Shown here piece after piece: positions 26,816-34,769 of a DNA stretch of 38,820 bases. Source of the DNA: Pseudomonas phage LPPA33; sequence record OR188720.1. One strand, written 5' to 3'. The translations under genes were made by a program, and so were the position numbers. Each line of letters starts with the position of its first letter. The first letter of the stretch is position 1. Below the pieces are notes generated by a model. It did no database searches, was not told the DNA's origin, and saw nothing but the letters and a program-made list of their open reading frames with translations.

Positions 26816-27424
26816 CTATGAGGTAGCGTCGAGGTATGCGGCTATGAACTGCGTCGCCGCTTCAGCATTGAGGGCGTTTCCGATGGCATGCAGAGCACCC
26901 ATTCGACCGGAATAGCCATGGTCCATGCTGCGAACGATGGGCTGAGGCCAACGATCTCCGGGCTGGAGCGGAGAGTCTGCGATAGCGCGCAGATCCTCTT
27001 CGCCACGCCATCTCCGCGGTCCAGCCTGGCAAGGACTTCTGCGCGACTGCTGTCCTTGTGCTCCCTCGCCGAGATGCTTGGCAGCAAAGTAGACCCGCTT
27101 CCTGAGGATCGGCTCCCCGCATGAGGCAGCTGCAAAATGTATCGCCCCAGCGGCGTATCCAGCCTCTTCAAGGTCACCCTGGACGAGATCAAACCAGCCA
27201 TGGACAAGCGCTTCAGGAGACTGCTCGCCAAACAACTCTGGAGGGCGCCGCTCTCTGATGAGATGGCTCCATGACGGCCAGAGGTGTCGTGGATCAGCAA
27301 ACCCAAGTCTCTTGCCTGCCTTGGAGTAAGGTTGGCAAGGACAGGAACCGGTCCAAACAGGTCGATCATCTGGCCAGCCGGCGCGGCGAAGGGAGAGCGA
27401 CCAGACACCGATTCCTGCGAAGTA
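26816..27424 (-). pseudogene. Compact or degenerate C5-cytosine DNA methyltransferase-like ORF. It is in the same frame as, and directly downstream of, the ParB-like gene, separated by a single TAG, and has no start codon of its own.
   Basis: Frame translation starting at the codon after the TAG gives YFAGIGVWSLSLRRAGW (motif I-like, FxGxG), then GSCPCQPYSKAGKRLGFADPR (motif IV PCQ). Further on are LIRERRPPELFGEQ (the ENV-region position with the Glu retained), GEPILRKRVYFAA (motif VIII-like, QxRxR) and RMGALHAIGNALNAEAATQFIAAYL (motif X, GN). Motifs II and III and a full TRD are missing. GC3 is about 56%, against about 80% for the ParB-like part. The first in-frame ATG/GTG/TTG is the TTG at 27235, downstream of motifs I and IV. 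Confidence 0.4.
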
Positions 27425-28291
27425 CTATTCACCGAGGGCGTCATCGGCCCTCGCGACCAGTTCAATCAATCGCTCGATGTGGGATGCCCTGGTGGTGAGG
27501 GTGATCGCTTCCGGCCCCTCTGCCAGGCCGGCGCGAAGGGCTGTCGGGAACGCCGTGACGATCTCCCGATTGAGCTTCAGCAACTCTTCGAGAATGGCGC
27601 GCGGCACGACTGGCTCAGCTACCGCCTTGTGGGTTACTTTGGTTCCGCCCGCTGCAATGACCTTCGCGAGCTTCTGGCCCAGCACCTGGCCGGCCTTCTC
27701 GCCGTGCTTCCTGACGACCTTCGCCGCGGTCGTCGCTGCGACTGCGCCGGAGCTGATCAACTGCTGCACATCGGTATTCGCGTTGCCCACGACCAGTACC
27801 TGATCGACGTGCTGCCGGGTTTTCCCCATCTTCTGGGCGATCTGTTCGACGGTCCATCCGAACGCAATGAGCCGTTTGTAGCCGTGTGCGAGCTCCAGAG
27901 GGGAGAGCTTGCGCCCCTCTTGGGAAGTGATCACGCGGAGCACGCGCTCAGCGTCGTTACCGCCGAACGCAACGATGGGCACCCAAAACTCGCCGTTCGG
28001 GTCGCGTGGCAACCGGCCCTCGGCGTCGAGCTTGAGGTAGGCGCGCCGGCGGCGGTGCCCGTCGACAACCCACATGCCGCCGTCTTCGCGCGGCCTCACT
28101 TCAAGGGCCGGAACGATGCCGCCCTGGTGCAGGTAGTCGGCCAGATCCGCGATGCTCTGTTCGAGGTCTTCGCCCTCGGCGCGGAGGTTGAAACCGGGCT
28201 CTTCGTGAAGGTCTTCGAGGCGAGCCTTCATCGCATCCGCGCGCTTCAGGTCGCCGTCCTTGATCATCTGCTTGAACGATTTGGCCGCCAT
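27425..28291 (-). CDS. ParB-like nuclease domain (ParB/Srx) protein with an internal HTH.
   Basis: 288 aa from ATG 28291, with SD GGAGG. WVVDGHRRRRAYL is the ParB N-terminal signature. The HTH-like segment is TVEQIAQKMGKTRQHVDQ. It ends at TAG 27425-27427, and the next 200 codons in the same frame are MTase-like. Confidence 0.55.
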   Translation of the reverse strand: MAAKSFKQMIKDGDLKRADAMKARLEDLHEEPGFNLRAEGEDLEQSIADLADYLHQGGIVPALEVRPREDGGMWVVDGHRRRRAYLKLDAEGRLPRDPNGEFWVPIVAFGGNDAERVLRVITSQEGRKLSPLELAHGYKRLIAFGWTVEQIAQKMGKTRQHVDQVLVVGNANTDVQQLISSGAVAATTAAKVVRKHGEKAGQVLGQKLAKVIAAGGTKVTHKAVAEPVVPRAILEELLKLNREIVTAFPTALRAGLAEGPEAITLTTRASHIERLIELVARADDALGE

Positions 28292-28540
28292 GAGGCCTCC
28301 GTCTGTTGTGATTGCGTGATGCTGTATGGGGGAGTGGTCTGGCCGGTGCTGAGTCTCTGTCCGGCTGGCGCCGGGCTGGGTCACTGGCGGACTAGATAGC
28401 CGCGCACACGCTATACCCCTAGCGCTGTGCGACCAGACCACTCTCCGATACAGCCTGGCGATGGGGAGCCAGGTGGATCGGGCCTGCCTTGGGGAACCCG
28501 GCAGGCTCGGGTGATGCCCTGCTACCGGCAGGGTGGCGGG

Positions 28541-28825
28541 TTAAGCTGCGAGCTTCTTGGCCTTCTTTAAGGCGCGCTCGAAACTCTCGAAGTAGTAGGT
28601 CTTTTCCGGCTTGAATACGTCTCCGACGTACAGCATCGTTGCTGCGGGATCGCGCTCAAGCACACGACCTCCAACGAATCCGCGCGGGCGGCAGTCGGCT
28701 ATCAGGATTCCATCCTTTGGCAGATGCTCACCGAATCCAAGCACGGTAACTCCCGCCGCCCGGCATGCTTCAATGCGTTCCTTCTTGAGAGCAAGAAGCC
28801 CATCGCTTCTTGTGTAGAGTTTCAT
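28541..28825 (-). CDS. Hypothetical early protein.
   Basis: 94 aa. SD is AGGAAAGGA. Confidence 0.4.
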   Translation of the reverse strand: MKLYTRSDGLLALKKERIEACRAAGVTVLGFGEHLPKDGILIADCRPRGFVGGRVLERDPAATMLYVGDVFKPEKTYYFESFERALKKAKKLAA

Positions 28826-28867
28826 GTCCTTTCCTCGGTGATGCCCCGGCGAACCGGGGCGCGGTGG

Positions 28868-29056
28868 TTAAGCAGGATTAATGATCATGCGGTCGGTGCC
28901 ATCTTCATTGAGGCCTTTCAGAATCTCGATGCTGAACAGGTCGGCGAGCTCTTCGCAGAGAACGCCGGTTTTGTAGGCTTCAGAGAACTGAGGGAAGAAC
29001 AGACCGACGGCGTTGGTGCCGCTGTTATCTACGTAGTGAACGTTCTTGCTAATCAT
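28868..29056 (-). CDS. Hypothetical small protein, first gene of the leftward early operon.
   Basis: 62 aa with SD GGAGGG at 7-nt spacing. The track ORF runs on to 29410, but the upstream part looks non-coding. It is preceded by a leader of about 300 nt that contains the GATGCCC-N10-GGGCATC hairpin. Confidence 0.4.
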   Translation of the reverse strand: MISKNVHYVDNSGTNAVGLFFPQFSEAYKTGVLCEELADLFSIEILKGLNEDGTDRMIINPA

Positions 29057-29358
29057 CGTCTTGCCCTCCAGGGCGTGTTGACTTCCTCGATGCCCCTCTT
29101 GCGAAGGGCATCTGAGAAATCGGGTCGTCTCGGTCGCTTCTCCTTGTCGGGGTTCGTTCCCACTCCTGCGTTTGCTTCTTTGGTCTATTGGCAGGTGACT
29201 TGAGCGACGTCGCGTGCAACGCATGGGCTTGCACGGCTGGACTGTCCGGCCCAGCTCAGGCTGCGTCTTTTGCCTCTCCCAGCGTCTCGCGACGTTGGCG
29301 CAGCAGAGGGTTCCCAAATTGTCGAAAGAGCGGTCGGCTCGGTGGCCTCCCTTGAACC

Positions 29359-29478
29359 AAAAAGGTACATAGGGTGAGCTGAAATTAGTAGCGAAAAGGT
29401 ACATTGTCAATACCTTGGTTGTACCTTTATGGCTCTTATAGGAATTCTGACTGTTCGGATACTGTATGTATGTACAGT
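29359..29478. promoter_or_regulatory. OL-like operator/promoter cluster: GTAC-centred half-sites and palindromes related to the OR operators.
   Basis: GGTACA at 29364-29369. AAAGGTACA (29395-29403) is inverted with TGTACCTTT (29420-29428). The palindrome CTGTATGTATGTACAG is at 29462-29477. The OR motif CTGTAC-N7-GTACAG is at 31319-31337. Confidence 0.35.
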
Positions 29479-29491
29479 TTATGAGGTGCTT

Positions 29492-29746
29492 ATGGCCAAG
29501 AAGCAGAAGCAGCAGGCGTACGAGGTCACGCCGACTGATCGCCTGGGGATGCGGGTGTCCGCGATGATCAATTCACCGAAGGCGCAGGATCTGGGGAAGG
29601 TGACGATTCACCGGCTGGACAGTGACCCGGCGGAAGCGTGGGATGCGGTGATGGAGGTGCTGGCTGAGACGGACGGTATCGACCTGGTGTTCAACGACGA
29701 CGGCACCGTGACACTGAGATGGGATAGGCAGGTACTGGAGGGGTAG
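29492..29746 (+). CDS. Hypothetical protein in the immunity region.
   Basis: 84 aa from the ATG that has SD GAGGTG. The palindromic operator-like site lies just upstream. Confidence 0.4.
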   Translation: MAKKQKQQAYEVTPTDRLGMRVSAMINSPKAQDLGKVTIHRLDSDPAEAWDAVMEVLAETDGIDLVFNDDGTVTLRWDRQVLEG

Positions 29747-29750
29747 GGCG

Positions 29751-29778
29751 GAAATGAAAAGCCCCGCAGATGCGGGGC
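29751..29778 (-). terminator. Rho-independent terminator for the brnTA-like pair. The hairpin also sits downstream of the plus-strand gene.
   Basis: GCCCCGC-agat-GCGGGGC, with a T-run on the minus strand (TTTTCATTTC). Confidence 0.55.
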
Positions 29779-29799
29779 CACTGGATAAACCTCTTTCTG

Positions 29800-30159
29800 T
29801 TACGCCCTCATTTTTTCGAGGAACTCCTTCACCGGAGCGGTGCTGGATTCGCTAACAGTTTTCTCGGACGATTCGATTTCATTCAGTCGCTGACAAATGA
29901 TTTGCTTGATCTCGGACCGAGCAAACCGATTGAGTAGGTCTCGGATCATCGGCTGATAGCCGACTCCGTGATACTCGGCAATTTTCTTGAGATCGTTTAC
30001 TAATTGCTTTTGTAGGCGAATGGAAATCAGTTGGAGGCCGAGCGCGTCATCCACCTCTTGCTTTGAGCCAGTGGAGACTTGGGCGTGCGCTTCGGTCGTC
30101 CCGAGCTCGCCGCTTTCCCACAGTTCAACGTTGCTCATAGCTTCCTCACTCTTTGTCAT
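29800..30159 (-). CDS. BrnA-like antitoxin.
   Basis: 119 aa. LQLISIRLQKQLVNDLKKIAEYHGVGYQPMIRDLLNRF matches the BrnA signature (iSiRl...Lk..A...g.pYQ.li). It overlaps the toxin stop (ATGA). GC is low, about 45%. Confidence 0.5.
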   Translation of the reverse strand: MTKSEEAMSNVELWESGELGTTEAHAQVSTGSKQEVDDALGLQLISIRLQKQLVNDLKKIAEYHGVGYQPMIRDLLNRFARSEIKQIICQRLNEIESSEKTVSESSTAPVKEFLEKMRA

Positions 30160-30449
30160 TTGATTGCAAATTTTCTGTAGATACGTGTTTCTTCAGCACT
30201 GGGTTCGTACGCTGTTTTCAGGAAAACCTTGCCATTCTCGAAGACGAAGCAGATCTTTAGGGCCCTGCCAGCGTTTGTTTCGGCTACGAACCATTTCGTT
30301 ACAGGGTCTGTCTTGTGATCCTCTCGCAGGTCGATCAGGTGTTCACCCTCGCAGTTCTCGAAGCATTGCTCGATTTCTCTGCGGCTCACGCCACCATGCT
30401 TTTCCTGAAGCTTCCTCTCGATGGCGTCCGAAATGATCAGATTTTCCAA
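30156..30449 (-). CDS. BrnT-like toxin (RelE-fold ribonuclease family).
   Basis: 97 aa. The N-terminal ...ERKLQEKHGGVSRREIEQCF resembles the BrnT KHGV.FeEa motif. It comes first in the operon, as in brnTA. It is AT-rich relative to the phage. Confidence 0.45.
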   Translation of the reverse strand: MENLIISDAIERKLQEKHGGVSRREIEQCFENCEGEHLIDLREDHKTDPVTKWFVAETNAGRALKICFVFENGKVFLKTAYEPSAEETRIYRKFAIK

Positions 30450-30561
30450 GCGCGGTTACCATTTGACTTTGTATATACAGATGATAGGCCGCTCTGGGAG
30501 GTAGATCAATCCCTCTGTATATACAGACAGCTAGGCAGAAAAATGGTTCGGCTGGGAGCAG

Positions 30562-31302
30562 TCAGTGTCGCCGCCGGCGCATCACCGACCACCAGAACAC
30601 CCACCCGATCACGCTGATGTCGCCGGCACGCATCTGGTCCCTGGTGTACTCCTCATCGGGGTACTCGTCCCGGTTGTAGCTGCGCAACCGGATGCCGCCG
30701 CCAGGCAGTCGATAGACGAATTTCACCCGCAGCAGGTCGTCATGCTTCAGGGCGTAGATCTCGCCGTCCACGATCGTGTTGACCGAGAGGTCGACGCCGA
30801 TGATCGAGCCGTCTGCAATAAGCGGCTCCATGCTGTTGCCTGTGACGTTCACGCAGACGGAGGTGCTCTTGTCGACGGCAGCCTCGCGCAGAGTTGCCTT
30901 CGGGAATCGAATCTTGCGCTTGGCCAGTTCGAGGTCAGGCACTCGCCCACCGCCCGCCGCTATCTCGACCTCATCGAAGTATGGGATTTCAACCTCGTCC
31001 GGCGCGATCGGGTCTCCGTCTGACCACGCTGATAGGGGCTCCAGATTTTCGGCGGTCGGCTCAGCCACCCGCTGGTGTTGTTCCGGGGTGTGCTGAATGT
31101 CGAGCCAGCCGCGCGGCATATTGAATTTCTCCTCAATGTGCCTGGCCAGCTTGTTGCCGATGTTCTTGGTGGGGTTCGAGCCAATCAAGCGGCTCACCTG
31201 GGTTGGCTCGCGATCTATGCGAGCAGCGAATGCGACTGTGCCGCCTTCCTTTTCGGCCAGTGTTAGCGCGTTCGCACGGCGGATTGTCGTGATATCGATC
31301 AT
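30562..31302 (-). CDS. cI: CI-type repressor (N-terminal HTH with a C-terminal S24/LexA-like autopeptidase domain).
   Basis: 246 aa. The C-terminal ...VTGNSMEPLIADGSIIGVDLS...LRVKFVYRLPGGGIRLRSYN carries the Ser/Lys dyad context. It is divergent from cro across the operator region. Confidence 0.8.
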   Translation of the reverse strand: MIDITTIRRANALTLAEKEGGTVAFAARIDREPTQVSRLIGSNPTKNIGNKLARHIEEKFNMPRGWLDIQHTPEQHQRVAEPTAENLEPLSAWSDGDPIAPDEVEIPYFDEVEIAAGGGRVPDLELAKRKIRFPKATLREAAVDKSTSVCVNVTGNSMEPLIADGSIIGVDLSVNTIVDGEIYALKHDDLLRVKFVYRLPGGGIRLRSYNRDEYPDEEYTRDQMRAGDISVIGWVFWWSVMRRRRH

Positions 31303-31318
31303 CTATCCATTTCATCAT

Positions 31319-31387
31319 CTGTACCTAAAAAGTACAGAACCTTGACGGTACACAACCTTTTCACCATGATTGTACCAAGGAGGTACA
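31319..31387. promoter_or_regulatory. OR-like operators between cI and cro.
   Basis: CTGTACctaaaaaGTACAG at 31319-31337. A GGTACAC half-site at about 31346-31352. TGTACCaaggagGTACA at 31371-31387, overlapping the cro SD. Confidence 0.5.
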
Positions 31388-31390
31388 TTT

Positions 31391-31657
31391 ATGGCCGTCG
31401 AGACACCCCAAAGCACCCACGCAGAAGCGCTTCGGGCCTTCTGGAAGTCGCTCAGCATCCAAGAGCGTGATGACGCTGCGAAGGCGCTCAGTACGAGCGT
31501 TGCGTACCTCAGGCAGGTTCTGACTTGCGGCCGGACTCCAGGGGCGGCGCTGGCGCGTGATCTTGAGCGCTTCTTTGGCGCTCGCATCACTCGCCACCAG
31601 CTCCGCCCAGACCTCTACGACGCGCCAGCAAGGCCTCGGGGTCGGAGTGCGGCATAG
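31391..31657 (+). CDS. cro: Cro-like HTH regulator.
   Basis: 88 aa from the ATG with SD AAGGAGG. The HTH-like segment is LSTSVAYLRQVLTCGRTPGAALARDLERFFG. It is divergent from cI. Confidence 0.5.
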   Translation: MAVETPQSTHAEALRAFWKSLSIQERDDAAKALSTSVAYLRQVLTCGRTPGAALARDLERFFGARITRHQLRPDLYDAPARPRGRSAA

Positions 31658-31811
31658 CACGTAGCAGATGTTACGGAGAGGGGCTGGCGCTACGTAGTCG
31701 GCTGCGACCCCTGTTCAGGCATCCAGTAGAGCAGACAGCAAAAAGCCCGGGGGCAACCGGGCTTTCTGAGGAGGCACCAGTAGGCGGTGCCGAACATCCA
31801 ACGGAGCGAAT

Positions 31812-32516
31812 ATGTCACAAGTTGCAGTCATCCAACAAGGCCCGGTCCTGACGATGAGCAGTCGTGAGATTGCGGAGCTGACCGGCAAGAAGCACAAGAA
31901 CGTCTTGAGGGATATTCGGGAGATGCTGGAGGCGTTGAGGAAGGATGGCTCAGATTTGAGCCATGTCCGGGAAGACCTCGACTCCCGCGGGTACACCGAG
32001 AATTTCCACCTTGACCGAGACCTGACCGAGACCCTCATCTCTGGTTACAGCGTCCCCCTTCGGTACCGGGTTATTCGACGACTCCACGAACTGGAGTCCA
32101 GCCAGGTTCCGAGCATCCCAACCAGTTTGCCGGAAGCGCTCAGGCTCGCCGCCGACCAGGCCGAACAGAACCAGTCGCTGCGATTGGTCATCAATGAGCA
32201 GGCACCCAAGGTCCAGGCCTTGGAGCGACTCAGCGGCGCAGCAGGAACGATGTGCATCACGGATGCTGCCAAGCACCTGAAGGTCAGCCCCTCCCGGCTC
32301 TTCGACTGGCTTCAGCAGAACCGATGGATCTACCGCCGGAGCGGCTCTGCTCGCTGGATCGGCTATCAGCCACGAATCCAGGACGGCTGGATCATGCACA
32401 AGGTTACGGTTCTCGGTCGTGACGATCAGGGCGACGAGCGTGCGGCGAGCCAGGTACGCATCACCGCCAAGGGACTCTCGGTGCTGGCGCGGAAGATCGA
32501 GGAGGGCAAGCTGTGA
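31812..32516 (+). CDS. Phage regulatory protein, Rha family (Rha N-terminal domain).
   Basis: 234 aa. LTMSSREIAELTGKKHKNVLRDIREM is the characteristic Rha N-terminal motif. Confidence 0.55.
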   Translation: MSQVAVIQQGPVLTMSSREIAELTGKKHKNVLRDIREMLEALRKDGSDLSHVREDLDSRGYTENFHLDRDLTETLISGYSVPLRYRVIRRLHELESSQVPSIPTSLPEALRLAADQAEQNQSLRLVINEQAPKVQALERLSGAAGTMCITDAAKHLKVSPSRLFDWLQQNRWIYRRSGSARWIGYQPRIQDGWIMHKVTVLGRDDQGDERAASQVRITAKGLSVLARKIEEGKL

Positions 32517-32581
32517 CCCTCGGCAGCGTGTCGCGACACGAAATCACGAATCAAGAAAATGTGTCGCCGGAGGTGAGCCAG

Positions 32582-33414
32582 TGAGCACGATCATCATGTC
32601 GGCCTGCTGGCCGCTACAGGGTCTGACGCCGGCGCAGAAGGCTGTGCTGATCAGCCTGGCGGACAACGCGAACGACGAGGGCGTGTGCTGGCCTTCGGTG
32701 GCGAAGATCGCCGAGCGCACCTGCCTGTCCGAACGTGCCGTGCAGCAGGCCATCAAGGTGCTGAACGAGTGCAAGGCGCTGAGCATTGAAGCGCGCCAGG
32801 GGCGCTCGACGATGTTCACCGTAACCCCCGCAGCATTTGCACCCCCGCAGAAGGTTCACCCCCGCAGGAAATGCACCCCCGCAGCATCTGCACCCACCCC
32901 CGCAGATGCTGCACCCCCACCCCCGCAGGATCTGCACCCCACCCCCGCAGATGCTGCACCCAGAACCGTAATAGAACCTACAAGGGAACCATCAGGGAAC
33001 CTTTTGCCGGCCGATTCCGGCCAGCCCGATGCGGAGCGTGATCGGCAACAGGCATGCAGGGCGATCTGGTCGGCGTATGCGGCGGCGTACCAGCACCGGT
33101 ACGGAACCCATCCGGTGCGAAACTCGAAGGTCAACGGTCAGGTTCGTGACCTGCTGAAGCGCTTGGGCGCCGAGGAGGCTCCGGCGGTGGCCGCGTATTT
33201 CGTCGGCATCAACGACGCCTACCTGATCCGCAACTGTCACGACCTGGGCTCGCTGCTGGCGAAGGCGGAGTCGTATCGCACCCAATGGGCGACTGACCGC
33301 CAGATGAACGGGACCACGGCTCGGCAACTGGAGCGCACTCAAGCGAACCTGAACGCTGCGAAGGAGGCTGCGGAGAGTATCCGAGAGGAGGGTCGTGCCA
33401 ATGCTTTCCTCTGA
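32582..33414 (+). CDS. Replication initiator, O-like: N-terminal HTH DNA-binding domain, low-complexity linker encoded by the iterons, and a C-terminal domain.
   Basis: GTG start with SD GGAGGTG. QKAVLISLADNANDEGVCWPSVAKIAERTCLSERAVQQAIKVL is a winged-helix/HTH typical of phage replication initiators. The iteron array lies inside the gene. Confidence 0.5.
32822..32960 (+). repeat. Iteron array (putative ori): at least seven copies of (N)TGCACCCCCGCAG spaced about 17-23 bp.
   Basis: CCCCCGCAG recurs at 32824, 32841, 32858, 32875, 32897, 32920 and 32942. It is followed by a relatively AT-richer tract with an AGGGAACC direct repeat. Confidence 0.55.
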
Positions 33415-34198
33415 CGAACAGGCTGACCTGGCCGCCGCGCTGGTAGCAACTGCCGAAACGCTTGGTCAGGAGATGAGCGCCAATGCCGCGAAGCTGATGG
33501 CCAAGGATCTCGCGGATTATCCGGGGGATGCGATCCGTAGCGCTCTGCAGGCGTGCCGCCGAGAGCTGACCGGAAAACTCACCCTCGCCGCCATCCTGCA
33601 GCGTGTGCAGGCAGTCGATGGCCGGCCTGAACCGAATGAGGCCTGGGCGCTGGCGCTGGAAGCATCGGACGAGCGCGCAACGGTGGTCCTTACCCCGGAG
33701 ATTCAGGAGGCGCTCACCATCGCTGCGCCGATCCTGGAGGCGAGAGACAAGGTAGGCGCCCGGATGGCGTTCATCTCGGCCTATGAGCGCGCAGTGTCTC
33801 GCTCTCGGCGCGAGGCGATACCTGTTGAGTGGCGCGTATCCCTTGGTCACGACGAGTCAGGGCGTCAGGCAGGGATACAGAAAGCCGCAGCGCTCAACCG
33901 ACTGCCGGCCTCCGAGGTGGCGCGCCTGGAGGGGACTGTGGTGCTCCAACTGCCGGCTCCAACAGATGCCGGACAGGCGATCTCCGGGCTGCTCACTGGC
34001 AATGCCCCTGCCGAGGTCACGAAGGCGCCGAAGGGGTTCGCGGAAAACATGGCGGCGCTCAAGGCAAGTCTCGCCGCACACCGTGCTCAGCGCGAGCAGA
34101 AAGAGAAGGACGAAGCCGCCAGGCGGCGCGCCGATCTCAACGAACGAATCAACCGGCACAACGAGGCCATTCAACAGCTACAGGAGTCCCGTTCATGA
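33401..34198 (+). CDS. Replication-associated protein (lambda P position; function unassigned).
   Basis: About 266 aa. SD is GGAGGG. Its start overlaps the end of the O-like gene. No Walker motifs were seen. Confidence 0.35.
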   Translation: MLSSDEQADLAAALVATAETLGQEMSANAAKLMAKDLADYPGDAIRSALQACRRELTGKLTLAAILQRVQAVDGRPEPNEAWALALEASDERATVVLTPEIQEALTIAAPILEARDKVGARMAFISAYERAVSRSRREAIPVEWRVSLGHDESGRQAGIQKAAALNRLPASEVARLEGTVVLQLPAPTDAGQAISGLLTGNAPAEVTKAPKGFAENMAALKASLAAHRAQREQKEKDEAARRRADLNERINRHNEAIQQLQESRS

Positions 34199-34401
34199 TG
34201 TGGAAGGCGCTCAACGATTATCTGGCGGTTAGCGACAGCTCGCCGCCCTACAAGGTTTGCAAACAACTGGTGGCCGGGGAGGCTCACTACCGGGCGAGCG
34301 TTCAAGGTGAATTCATTTGCGCCCCGGTTGCGTCGGCGAAAGAGGCTCAGGATGTTTGCGAGCGGCACCACCAGATCATGTATCCGCGGGAGGTCGCGTG
34401 A
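34198..34401 (+). CDS. Hypothetical small protein.
   Basis: About 68 aa, with tandem ATG codons at 34195 and 34198. Confidence 0.3.
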   Translation: MWKALNDYLAVSDSSPPYKVCKQLVAGEAHYRASVQGEFICAPVASAKEAQDVCERHHQIMYPREVA

Positions 34402-34769
34402 AGGGGCGGGCCGTTACTTCGGAGCAGAAGCGCTGGCACGACCTGCTGGCGCGCCATGTGGGGTGCATCGCATGTCGGGTGTCCATGGGGATCGTGAACA
34501 CCTATTGCAGCATTCACCACGTCGACGGAAGGACGAAGCCCCACGCGCATTGGTATGTGCTGCCGCTGTGCGCTGGGCATCATCAAAACGGCTACGGCGG
34601 TGTGGGCTTCACCGGGGTCGCCGTTCACCCGTACAAGGCGCGCTTTGAGGCTGAGTACGGAACCCAATCGGACCTGCTTTCGAAATGCGCCTCGATCTTG
34701 GCGGAGGATGGGCACGACATACCGGCGGGGTTCCTCGCATGGCTGGACGGTGGCGAGGTGGAAGCATGA
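34398..34769 (+). CDS. HNH/Ref-NinG-like putative nuclease.
   Basis: 123 aa from GTG, with SD GGGAGG. Cys/His motifs are C-IAC, SIHHVDGR and PLCAGHHQ. Confidence 0.4.
   Translation: MKGRAVTSEQKRWHDLLARHVGCIACRVSMGIVNTYCSIHHVDGRTKPHAHWYVLPLCAGHHQNGYGGVGFTGVAVHPYKARFEAEYGTQSDLLSKCASILAEDGHDIPAGFLAWLDGGEVEA

Noticed and set aside
26842-27465. 207-aa minus-strand ORF (other frame) overlapping the MTase-like region
   Set aside because: The translation is Ser/Arg-rich junk-like, although part of it has high GC3. The alternative frame carries five ordered C5-MTase motifs. Kept as a caveat rather than a call, so the coding status is unresolved.
27284-28399. 371-aa plus-strand ORF antisense to the ParB-like gene
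   Set aside because: Antisense artefact of high GC. The minus-strand frame has the ParB motif, a good SD and high GC3.
28868-29410. 180-aa track ORF upstream extension of the 62-aa early gene
   Set aside because: Only the 3' 189 nt has a strong SD and ATG. The upstream part coincides with the operator and leader region and reads as low-complexity.
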